Translations under genes and position numbers: made by a program | DNA from: Octopus sinensis | Taxonomy: Eukaryota | Length of the DNA stretch: 64,000 nucleotides | Assembly: GCF_006345805.1 (NCBI RefSeq) | Contig: NC_043012.1 | Location: 40,424,001-40,488,000, forward strand | Direction of reading: 5' to 3' | Shown: one piece after another, positions 1 through 12,060 of the stretch | Layout of the letters: every line of letters starts with the position of its first letter | Numbering within the stretch: position 1 is the first letter of the stretch | The notes under the pieces: model-generated | The model's database searches: none | Told to the model about the DNA's origin: nothing | Seen by the model: the letters and a program-made list of their open reading frames with translations, nothing else

Positions 1-537
1 GCCAGATTCCCCCGCTTTACCGTCTTTCTGTTGGACAGGCCCTAAAGAAAGAACTGTCCTCCGGGTTTACCGCAGCCTCTAAACCCTGATTTCAGTTACC
101 CTATGATCAAAGGTAAACCAGCCGTTATCACCTGGCGTTTGTTTAATTAAGATACAGCAATATACGTGATTATAGGAGGTAGTTGAACGAGTTTAGCCTT
201 TCGTTATATTTCAATTGGGTCTTGTTTGATTTCTTCCAACTTCGCAAAGGTCTTTAAATTTTCACCAGATTAATTTCAAAGACTGTGGTTTGCTGGTGAT
301 GAAAATCGCATTCATTTTGTCCTAAAAAATTAATAAAGTTATATGACTAGATCATTGACATTTTGTCTGAGCTGATGTCTATTGTCTTGGAAAATAATCT
401 GGTGAAGAAGATTTGAAAACCTTCAAGTGGCTGGAAGAAATCTTAATAAGATTTTTCTGTTGAAATTACACTGTTTATTTCATTTTTTTTTATTATAACG
501 AAGAATTTATTAATCCTTTATATATATATATATATAA

Positions 538-745
538 ACCTGAAACCGCCTACAACCCTACGATACAACATCCTGTTTTAGAGATGTTTTAGAGATTAAA
601 ACCTTGCATCAAAATATGTTAATTTACGTTCCAAACACCAGCTTAATAATGACAGAAGTTATTTTAATGAAATTCTTCTTTATTTTACAAAATTAATTGA
701 AACAAAAGGGCAATGTATGTCAATAGAAAGATGGTAACAAAAGGG
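538..745 (+). mobile_element. Partial piggyBac-type MITE (right end only)
   Basis: Ends in GGTAACAAAAGGG, the complement of the CCCTTTTGTTAC left end of the MITE at 33733. Its internal AT-rich blocks resemble that MITE. Confidence 0.5.
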
Positions 746-1478
746 TTTAAATAAATTTTATCATTATTAAGCTGGTGCTTGGAGCATAAATTAACATCAA
801 AGTTTGATGTAAGATTTACATTCGAATCATTTTAAATTGAAAAGTTTGTATCAGAATCAGGGGGAGCATTAGCTGAGCTGGTATTAAAGGGGTTGGCTGC
901 TATTTCTAGCGGTTTGGCTTCAGGGAAACAGCTGTTGGGTATAAAATTATAAACATTTGAACTTGTTCACACCGGTTTATGATTGGATAAGAGAAATTGG
1001 CAAGTGCGTGTTGTGTGTAGAGCATGACTAGACATTAAAAAGTACACCACACACACACACATATATACATACATACATATATATATATATACACACACAC
1101 ACACATACATAGACACGCACATTTATATACCGACACAAACATACATGCTCACACAGCGGTGGTGGTGGTGGTGGTTGGGGTGGTATGGTTAAGAGCAAGC
1201 CTTATATATCTGTCAGGCAGTTTCACCTCTTCGTTTTACACCTGCCACACTCGATAAAGGTATTGCTGGCGGTGGAAGAAAGACAGAGAGAAGAACAACT
1301 GGAGGAAAAGTAAGAGGAGAGGCAGTGAGTGGGAGGAGGAGGAGGAGGAGGTGGAAAAGGAAATTCAAATATTAACGACTAAACAACGACAACAACAACA
1401 ACAACAACAGCAACTGGAAAACTTTAAATCGTAGGAGACAAACAGACTCTAAACCACACTGGAACATACAATAGACAA

Positions 1479-1616
1479 GAGTGCAAGCCGCTTATTGTGA
1501 TCACTTTGGGACGAGGCATTTTTGATAACGAGTGCGAGATAACGTTAAGTAAGTAAAATGTTCGGGATGTTGATTTTGATAACGTTATCTGTGATTACAA
1601 TAAGCGGCCTCCACTG
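1479..1616. mobile_element. Tc1/pogo-type MITE
   Basis: GCCGCTTATTGTGATCAC (1487) and GTGATTACAATAAGCGGC (1591) form 18-bp inverted repeats with one mismatch. The right end extends to ...CCTCCACTG (a CAGTG-type terminus). Confidence 0.6.
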
Positions 1617-1710
1617 CATATGTAATACACACACATACAGAAAGACAAATATGCACATACAGGTATATATATATATACATGGGCTCACACGCAATTTCTT
1701 TTTGTGAATA

Positions 1711-1887
1711 TGCGTAGTGACTGAGTAGTGATAAGCCTGCTTCTCAACCCCATGGTTCCAAGTTCAATCTTAGTGCGAAACACCTTGAGGATTCTGTAGC
1801 CTTGGGCCGACCAAAGCCTTGAGAGTGGATCTGGTAGATGGAAACTGAAAGAAACCCATCGTGTACGTATGTAAGTACACACACACA

Positions 1888-1922
<35 letters not shown>

Positions 1923-2140
1923 ATGTATGCGTGTGTGTGTCCCTGTCCACCACCGTTTGATAACCGGTGTTGGTGTGTTTAGATCCCGTAATTTAGCGGT
2001 TCGGCAAAAGACGAAGATATAATAAGCACCAGGCTCGCATGAAAAATAGGTACTGCTGTCGATTCATTCGACTGAAAATCCTCAAAGCGGTGCCCCAGCA
2101 TGGCCACAGTCAAATGTTTGAAACAAGTAAAAGATAAAAC
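1711..2140 (+). mobile_element. SINE family A (tRNA head, CORE-like block, microsatellite, 3' domain), degenerate copy
   Basis: Shares GGGCCGACCAAAGCCTTG..GGAAACTGAAAGAA and TTAGCGGTTCGGCAAAAG..CCAGCATGGCC..GAAACAAGTAAAAGA with other copies. Confidence 0.8.
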
Positions 2141-2289
2141 TTTATATTATTTCCATATTCGGAATACATTCTGCGGATATGCAATATTTTTTTGTCCAAC
2201 CCATGTCAGCATGGAAAGCGGACGTTAGATGATGATAATGATGATGATGTATCACCGTAACACCTCATCAGCACCCGATCGTTTCCACC

Positions 2290-2580
2290 CTTTCTTCTAA
2301 ACAGTAACCCTGGAACTCTACAGATAAAAGAAGGATAAAGATCCTACCCGAGTCATATAAGCGCACAGGGCCGGTTCCTCCGTTTCCGTGGGGTATATAT
2401 TCTCCCCATCCTGGATGGGATGCCAGTCCCTCGCAGGATTACTCACTCATATTTGCCAACTGAGTGGACAGGAACAATGTGAAATAAAGTGTTTTGCTCA
2501 AGACACTCGATCCAGAAATCGAAACTCCGATCTTAGAATAATGAATCCAACAACGCCCTCTAAGCCATCGCCTGTACGTT
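2290..2580 (-). mobile_element. tRNA-derived SINE family E (partial second copy at 3613-3720)
   Basis: The minus strand carries a B-box-like GTTTCGATT and GTGTCTTGAGCAAAACACTTTATTTCAC. The same block recurs at about 3615-3640. Confidence 0.6.
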
Positions 2581-2632
2581 CCTCTACAGCAAGAAACTGT
2601 TCTATTCTGGCCCTTTCTTTCATACCTTAAAT

Positions 2633-3375
2633 CAGCGTTTCTCAACCAAGGTTCCCTGGAACCCTATGGGTCCGCAAAACGTTCCTAAGGGTTCTGCGAG
2701 AAAGAGTGAGATAAGCTAATGATAATTTTATGATCGTAATACATATTATTGGTGATTGTAATATAGACATCATCCTATCTAACCTTTAATGTTATCAAAG
2801 AATTTTATATATAAATATATATTTAGGCGTAGGAGTGGCTGTGTGGTAAGTAGCTTGCTTACCAACAATATGGTCCCGGGTTCAGTCCCAATGCGTGGCA
2901 CCTTGGGCAAGTGTCTTCTACTATAGCCTCGAGCCGACCAAAGTCTTGTGAATGGATTTGGTAGACAGAAACTGAAATAAGCCTGTCGTATATGTGTGTG
3001 TATATATATATGTATGTGTGTGTATATGTGTGTCCGTGTTTGTCTGCCCGCCCCCCCCCCAACATCGCTTGACAACCAATGCTGGTGTGTTTACGTCCTC
3101 GTAACTTAGCTGTTCAGTAAAAGAGATCGATAGAATAAGTACTAGGCTTACAAAGAATAAGTCCTGGGGTCGATTTGTTCGACTAAAGGCGGTGCACCAG
3201 CATGGCCACAGTCAAATGACTGAAACAAGTAAAAGAGTATGTATGTATGTATTTTCCACGTGAACTACTATGAAAAAAAATATAAGATATGGTATATAAT
3301 TTTTGTGCAGGGGTTCCTTGAGATATGTAATTTATTTTAAGGATTACGCAAGGATAAAAAAAGGTTAAGGTTGAG
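2633..3375 (+). mobile_element. hAT-type MITE interrupted by a SINE A insertion
   Basis: Left end CAGCGTTTCTCAACC (Charlie-like TIR), GGGTTCC motifs and a degenerate AAAGGTT right end. A similar CAGTGGTTGTCAACC start occurs near 45220. Confidence 0.45.
2825..3238 (+). mobile_element. SINE family A, full length
   Basis: A box TGGCTGTGTGG, B box GGTTCAGTCCC, CCTTGGGCAAG core, internal (TA/TG)n and a GAAACAAGTAAAAGAGTA tail. Confidence 0.9.
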
Positions 3376-3404
3376 GCCTTAAACCCTCATCTCCTAGCAT
3401 AAAG

Positions 3405-3612
3405 CTACCTCCTTCGGTGTTCGTAGTCTTGCAAGTTGTAGGGCAACCTCACTAATGCTGATGGCACAAAAAAAAAAGCAGCGCATAGTCCACACTGTTA
3501 AGCAGTTGGCGTTAGAAAAGGCATCCAGCTATAGAAAGCATACCAAAGCAGACATTGTACCACGATGCAGTCTTTAGACGGATCCTATTACATTAGCTAA
3601 CCTATGCCGGCA
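3405..3612 (+). mobile_element. SINE-like family D (other copies 18025-18170 minus, 38610-38935 minus; tail pieces near 2195-2250 and 6900-6955)
   Basis: Shared GTTGGCGTTAG(G/A)AAGGGCATCCAGC block and a CATGGAAAACGGACGTT(GAT)n tail. Confidence 0.6.
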
Positions 3613-3952
3613 TGTGAAATGAAGTGTTTTGCTCAAGAGCTCAATTAACCGCGCGGTTCGCGAATCGAAACCACGAACTTGCTGTCATGAGTGTAACGCC
3701 CTAACCACCAGGTCAAGCTCCTTCGCTTTGGTGTCATAATGTAGAGGAACAAAGAGAGAGAAGGGGGAGTTTGGTGCCAAAGACAAAGAGAGAAAAAGGG
3801 AGAATTTGGTTTCATATTCAAGAAGAAATGAGGGGAGAGCGAAACTTTATAACAATTTAACAAAACGAAAGGAAAAGGAGTTTAGTGTCACGGCCTAGGA
3901 GAGAAATTGGGGAGTTTGGTTTCGTAATCACGAGGAGAGAAAATGGGACACC

Positions 3953-3999
<47 letters not shown>

Positions 4000-6710
4000 G
4001 GGAGAGACAGAGAGAAAGAGAGAGACAGGCAGGCACACACACACACAATTTGGTACCAGAACGAAGCGAGGAATGAGTTTGGTAAGAACGGTGGATAGAT
4101 TTTGGTGTTGAAACGAAGAGTGTGTGAGAGAGAGAGAGAGAGGGAGAGAGAGAAGGGGGAGAGTGTAGGAGAATCGATGAAAGCAGAACGAAGTGGAGAA
4201 AGAGAGAAGAGTCTAATGAAGGATGAAAACATGAAGAGTGTTTGGCACAATGAATATATCCAATTTCTTGATCCATCCGTGAAAATGATAGCTAGCAGAA
4301 GAGGGTGGGCGAGGCAGGGTGGGTGCGGTGTAGAATGAGGGAGCGAGAGAAGGAGGAGGAGAGGAATTAATGGATGAATAAAAATGAGAGGAAATAGAAG
4401 CCAGAAAGAAGAATAAAAAGGAGATATTGCAGATTGTTTATGTCGGCTTTGGAGATTGGTGAGAAGGGTGGGGGAGCGACGGCGGAGTAATAATGGGGGG
4501 AGAGAGAGAGAGAGAGTAATAGTGACAGGGAGGGGAGGGAAAGAGAGGGATAGTAAGAGAGATAGAGAGAGAGAGAGAGGGAAGGGTAAAGTGCGTGCGT
4601 GTGTGAGTATGAGTCATCGAGTTGGTGACTTATGGATACCAAACGAGAGGAGAGCATCTGGCATGGCTTAGCATGGTTTGGCACGGCAGGAGTTATTCTT
4701 ATTAGCCGAGTCTGTTTATGTTTTGAAGTAAACCAGCCACACGAGTGGACATATTGCGTGTGTGTGTGACTTCTTCTATTTGTGTGATCTTTGGTTCGTT
4801 TTTAGCCATTCTAACGGATTTCAAAACAACGAGAGAAAGAACAGCACCACCACCTGTCTGTGTGTTTTTTCTCGCTACTGTAGAAATATGTGTGTGTAAG
4901 TGTGTATGTGACTGTACATTCATCTGTTTATGTGTGTGTGTATCTATGCTTTTGTCTGTGTGTGTATGTGTGTATCTATGCTTTTGTGTGTATGTGTTTA
5001 TCTATGCTTTTGTCTGTGTGTATCTATGCGTTTGTGTATGTGTGTATCTATGCTTTTGTGTATGTGTGTGTATCTATACTTTTGTGTGTGTGAGTGTGTG
5101 TGTGAACGTATGCTCTCGTTTATGTGTGTGTATCTATGCTTTTGTCTGTGTGTGTATATCTATGCTTTTGTGTGTGTGTGTATGTGTGAACGTATGCTCC
5201 CGTTTGTGTGCGTGTATACACGATTGTAATAGACTGTGTTTTTGAATTATGAAATAATTTCTCCCATTTATGATGCAAAACTGATGGGCGACATCTGTAG
5301 CAGATTGATTAACCTTCGTGTATGACTGGTACAGCTTTTTAGTTTTCCTCGAACTGACGGAAAGATCAATAAATGCTAGAAACCGGTAAATTCTACTTGG
5401 ATTCTTACAGTTCCAGTAATGAGAACAATTTCTGATTATTGGCCGATAAATACCGAGAATTTGGTGGGGAGAAGTGAAATGGTTTGATCTTTCATTCTTA
5501 TCCCCACCTCGCCCCACATGATGGATCGAATAGAGGGAAAAAGAGAGAGAGAGAGAGACTGAGACGAGGAAGGCGCTATTATGTGGTCACTCGACCTGTT
5601 AGAAATAACAGCCAAATCACGTTCTGGGTGTTTCAAAAATGAAGAACACATTAGATAATGAGATCATCGCTGAGACGCCCTTTGATCCATAGGTCTGCTT
5701 TATCATGATTGACCTTGGGCTAAACAACATCAAGTGATGAGATAAGGCATGTATACACACATATACACGTGTTGAGTGTATAGATAAATGTGATAACAAC
5801 ACACACACCGGTCATGTTGCTACTTCATTGCGTAACGAAGAGATTCGATCCATCTCTCTCACCGTATTCTCTCACAAAGTTCTTCGATGCAGAGAAATAC
5901 ATGAACGTCACAACATCTTATATTCACCGTCACCTGTTCTTATAAAAAGGTGAACTTGTTCCTTCCAACCTTGTTTGTATCTGATTGCATCTCCATGCCA
6001 AACTACTTTCACAGCTGCAGAAGCTAATATACTCATTGGGAAAGGCATGAACATCACAGATTCTTATACAATCCCGTCTCTTCCTCTTACATACCGTATA
6101 TTAATTCATACTGACTTCTAAAAGCCACGGTCCTGTCAGTGTTGGCGACGGGTCTCCTGCAAGAATCTCGAATCTCTCAGACATTTTATATTAAACACCA
6201 GATCAGTTCTGATCAACCAGACAGACTTTTGAACCAAAGACGTTAGCACCATGACCGCACCGTCATTCTTCTCAGGCATAGTGGACTTAGAACTCATACT
6301 ATCTACTAAGATTATAAGAATTGTTTTTAGTTACGACAGTAAGTCGTGATTTGAAGGAGATTCGGCAATTATTTCTACCAGATCGTGCATCCACGTAGAA
6401 TCTTTTACTCAATGGATCTTACTGACTGCAGCAGAGAGTTGCAGACAAGACTACAATCAATGGAATTGGTAGATAGATGTAAATTACGTTGTCGATCATA
6501 AAGGAAAGATTTAAAAAAAAAAAGACAAAGCCTGTCTCTGAGGGATTTGAACATAGAATATATGAATATATTCGAAATAAACGTTTGGTAACAAATGTTG
6601 AACTTCATGTCTTTCTAGGTACGTTACTAGACTAAAGTTAGTCAATGTTTATAGGTACCTTTACATGTTTTGCCCATTTTTCTGCCTTTCTGTTGATCTG
6701 TCTATCTATC

Positions 6711-6975
6711 AGGCGTAGTTGTATGGTTAAGGAGCTTTCTTCCCAAGAACATAGTTCCAGGTTCAGTTCCACTGTGCGGCACCTTAGGCACCTTGGGCTT
6801 TACTACAACCTACGAACAACTGAATCCTTGCGACTGGATTTGCTGGACGGAAACTGAAAAAAATCCTGGCGAAGTCTTCTGACTTGCGAGCTTCTGTCAA
6901 ACCGCCAAACCCGTAGCCATGGAAAACGGACGTTAAATGATGACGATGATAACGATTTCATATATATATATATAT

Positions 6976-7009
<34 letters not shown>

Positions 7010-7216
7010 ATATATATACACATACACATTTGTATGGGTATATGTGACTCCCACCGCCGCTTGACAACCAGAGTTGGTTTCTTTACGTTCGACAGAAGGG
7101 ATCCGATAGAATAAGTACCAGAAAGAAAACACGAGTACTGGGGTCGATTTGTTTGATTTAAACCCTTCAAGGCGGTGCCCCAGCATGGCCGTAGTTCAAC
7201 GACTGAATCAAATAAA
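6711..7216 (+). mobile_element. SINE family A, split into head (6711-6866) and 3' half (7040-7216)
   Basis: Degenerate head GGTTCAGTTCCACTGTGCGGCACCTT. The 3' half has GATAGAATAAGTAC..CTGGGGTCGATTTG..GGCGGTGCCCCAGCATGGCC. Confidence 0.7.
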
Positions 7217-7323
7217 AGTTGGACTCCGACCACGACGACCACCACCACCACCAACAATTACCAATTTTAAAAGGAAAATAGTTTTTAACCCGCGAACGAA
7301 ACCGTATTGTGGACCTTTGCACG

Positions 7324-7597
7324 CCTGGGTAGTGTACCTCTTGGGTTATACCTTGTGGATAGCCGACCCCCTGCGGAGTAGCTTACCTGATACAGACTAG
7401 CTTACCTCATGCTGGGTAGCTTATTTCTTGCAGGGTAGCTTACTTCTTCCTGAGCAGCATACCCCATGCGAGGTAGATTACCTCCAGCTGGGTAGCTTAT
7501 TTCTGTTGGATAGCCTACTTCCTGCTGAATAGCTTACATTTTGCTGGGTAGCGTACCCCATACAGGGTAGATTATCTTTTGTTGCATAACTTACTTC
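7324..7597. repeat. Degenerate 19-bp minisatellite, about 15 units
   Basis: Consensus approximately TGGGTAGCTTACYTCWTGC, e.g. TGGGTAGCTTATTTCTTGC, AGGGTAGCTTACTTCTTCC, TGGGTAGCGTACCCCATAC. Confidence 0.8.
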
Positions 7598-8349
7598 TTA
7601 AGACAATAAATAGGATGCGATTCGAGGACAATTCAACTGCTCTTTCTAGTAAGCCGCTTAGGGGCCAGTTTTTTTTATGGTGTGGTGGTGGTGGTGGTTC
7701 ACACGTAAACAAGACTTCTAAAGATCTAAAGCATTTTCCCTACCTTTCTTTTTTATTATTTAAAACGAGACTGAGATTTGAGGGATATTTGACTGCTATT
7801 ACTAGTAAATCGAAGTCTCCTCACCAAGACAACGTCAATCCAAGACAACCAGCTGTTTTATTAATTTAAGCTTGCCTCTTCGTATTTAGACGCAACACAA
7901 TGCTCTCTCTCTCTCTCTCTCTCTTATACACGCAGACATAGCAACAGTTTAAATATTTGACACACACACAACACACAACAGATATACGTATATCGACTAC
8001 CATCACTACACAAACACACATTCCAACAGCTAATTATTTGCAGGGATCACTCTGTGTGTGTGTGATTCTAACGTGTACGGTTATTAAGAGCGACAGTCTT
8101 TTCAGCATTGCACGCACCACACACAGATAAACACATACAGCAACTCAAGCCCTATATACACACACGCACACACACACGTACACACTAGTGAAATCACTAT
8201 ACATAATAATACTCATAGTATTATTTATACGCAGTGTGAGATGCATGCATCAACAGTTAATGTTGTTCCCACGCCCACAAACATCCAAGTTATAACCATC
8301 ATATTGTGTGTGTGTTATACTCTACTTAAAACATAGTGATCCTTCAGTT

Positions 8350-8373
8350 TACAGATATATATATATAAATTCT

Positions 8374-8421
<48 letters not shown>

Positions 8422-9092
8422 AGAGACAGAGAGAGAAATCTAGAAATAAATATATATATATATACATACACAACACAACACACACATAATATATATATAT
8501 ATATAATATACCACACACATATTATAATATATACACAATATATATATACACACATATATATACACATATATATATATATATATTAATACACACATTTATA
8601 TATATATACACACATGGCATATATATATATATATGACCCACACATTATATATATAATACACATATATATATACATACACACACCACACATATATATATAT
8701 ATAAATAAATATTATACACACACACACATAGATATTATATATATAAATAAATATATATACACACACATTTATATTATATACACACATATATATACACATA
8801 TATATATATATACACACACACATTTATATATATACACAACTATATCACACACACACATATATATATATATATATACACACACACATATATATATATAAAT
8901 GTGTATATATACATATATAAATGGTATATAATAAAATGTTGTGTATATATTATATATAATGTGTGTATATATATATATATATAAATGTGTGTATATATAT
9001 ATATATAATGGTGTATATTATATATATATAAAATGTGTGTATATATATATATACTATATTATATATATATGTTATATATATATATATTATAG

Positions 9093-9124
<32 letters not shown>

Positions 9125-9264
9125 GTAGATATATATATATATATATATAGTATAGTATATATATATATATATATGATAGTATATATATATATATATATTA
9201 TATATGGATATATATATATATATTATATATATATAGTACTATAGATATAGAATATTATATATAG

Positions 9265-9301
<37 letters not shown>

Positions 9302-9330
9302 CTATATATATATATATGTATAAATATAAT

Positions 9331-9376
<46 letters not shown>

Positions 9377-9445
9377 TATGATATATATATATGTATATTA
9401 TATATGTATATATATATATATATAGATAGAATTATATATATAATG

Positions 9446-9485
<40 letters not shown>

Positions 9486-9498
9486 TATTATATATATA

Positions 9499-9572
<74 letters not shown>

Positions 9573-9646
9573 CTATATATATATATGTATATATATATAT
9601 TGTATATATATATATATATGTATTATATATATATGTTATAGATAGA

Positions 9647-9733
<87 letters not shown>

Positions 9734-9842
9734 GTGTGTATATATATATATATAAATGTGTGTCTGCTTCCATTTCCTGAGCGCCTATTAATAATAATAC
9801 GTAATTGTTCCATTGTGTTGTTTTTTTTGTTCCGTTTGGATT

Positions 9843-9890
<48 letters not shown>

Positions 9891-9980
9891 GTGTGGTATA
9901 TATTATATATATATATATATAATATATATAATATATAAATATATTTGTAATTCACCCATATATATATATATATATATATA
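8350..9980. repeat. Interrupted (TA)n / (TACA)n microsatellite field
   Basis: Read directly from the sequence. Confidence 0.95.
9772..9848 (+). mobile_element. 3' stub related to the Neptune PLE tail, flanked by (TA)n
   Basis: ATTTCCTGAGCGCC is identical to 25095-25108. It is followed by TAATAC..AATTGTTC and a T-rich tail, as in the element end. Confidence 0.5.
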
Positions 9981-10829
9981 TATACCCACGCATATATTAT
10001 AGACACAGAAACAATACATTGACGCAATCACAGCACACACATACATACATACACATATACACACATACTCCAGATGTAAGAGACAAGACTTAACGTGTTC
10101 TCCTTGCTACCCACCCGTCTAACCAACCTACCCGGAATGTTTAATGCCCAACTGAACCTGTCTGAGTGGTCAGTGTGTTTTATTGTTGTAAGTGGCTGGA
10201 ATAATACTTGACGCAACTCGGGTAGGAAGGTGTATGTGAGGAGAGAGGGGGGGAAATGCGGGGAAAGAGAGGGAGTAGCTAAGAGAAAGGGATGGAGTGG
10301 AGGGAGTAAGAGAAGGGTTTAGAAAAGAGAGAAAGGGGGAGAAAGAGAATAATGCTTGTGTGAGAAAGAGAGAAGGGAGAGAGAGAGAGAAAGAGAGATT
10401 AAGAGTTCTGAGACTTTTCGCTTTAACCGACAAAATAGGATTTAAAAATTTCTGTTGTCAGAGCGTGTGTGTGTGAATGTGTGTGGTGTGTGTGTGTGTG
10501 TGAATGTGGATGTGTAGACAAATTATGAAGAGAATATAGAATCGAATAGCAACAGAGCCGACACGTAAGATATTCAAAATAAATAAATAGAGGCGAATCC
10601 GAAGACCCCCTCCACTCACCACTCTCCCCCTTTACATGGTAATAATATACATAAATTCAACACAAATAAATAATAAACAAAGAAAATAGAATGGTTAAAA
10701 GACGACCCGGTTCCAAATGTAACAACTGGGAACATATGGTCTCTCTTGTAGCAGTATCTTTGGAATTATTTACTCCGAAATCACTACGTGGCTGCTTTGA
10801 AGACTATACGATGATATAGAATGCACAAA

Positions 10830-11418
10830 GTGTGTGTGTGTGTGTATACATACATACATATATACATATATACATATATATATATATATACACACATATA
10901 TATATATACACACATATATATATATATACACATATATTATATATACACATATATATATATACACATATATATATATACACATATATATATATATAACACA
11001 CATATATAACACATATATATATATCACATATTATATATTACACATATATTATAATACACACATATATATACACATATATATATACACACATATATATAAC
11101 ACACATATATATATACACACATATATATATACACACATATATATATACACACATATATATATACACACATATATAATACACACATATATATATACACACA
11201 TATATATAGCACACATATATATATACACATATATATATATACACATATATAATATAACACACACATATATATATACACACATACATAGATATACACAATA
11301 TATTATACACCTATATATATACAATATATATACACATATATATATACACCACATATATATATATACACATATATATATACACACATACATATATATATAC
11401 ACACATATATATATACAC

Positions 11419-11449
<31 letters not shown>

Positions 11450-11646
11450 TATATATATATACACACACACATATATATACACATACATATATATATACAC
11501 ATACATATATATATACACATACATATATATATACACATACATATATATATACACATATATATATATTATACACACATACATATATATACACACACATACA
11601 TATATATACACACACATACATATATATACACACACATACATATATA

Positions 11647-11677
<31 letters not shown>

Positions 11678-11980
11678 CACTCATACATATATATATACAC
11701 ACATACATTATATATATACCACATACATATATATATATACACACATACATATTATATACACACATACATATATATATATACCACACCATACATAATATAT
11801 ATATAACACATACATATATCTATATATACACACACACATATATATATATATATACACACATACATATATATATATATACACACATACATATATATATATA
11901 CACACATACATATATATATATACACACATACATATATATATATACCACACACATATATACATATACATACATACGTACAT

Positions 11981-12011
<31 letters not shown>

Positions 12012-12013
12012 CA

Positions 12014-12047
<34 letters not shown>

Positions 12048-12060
12048 TATTATATACATG
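10830..12060. repeat. (TA)n/(CA)n/(TACA)n compound microsatellite
   Basis: Read directly from the sequence. It is the source of the spurious 426-aa ORF. Confidence 0.95.

Noticed and set aside
5134-5517. 127-aa minus ORF (also 37491-37850 and 18426-18959)
   Set aside because: No recognisable motifs, and they partly run through simple repeats.
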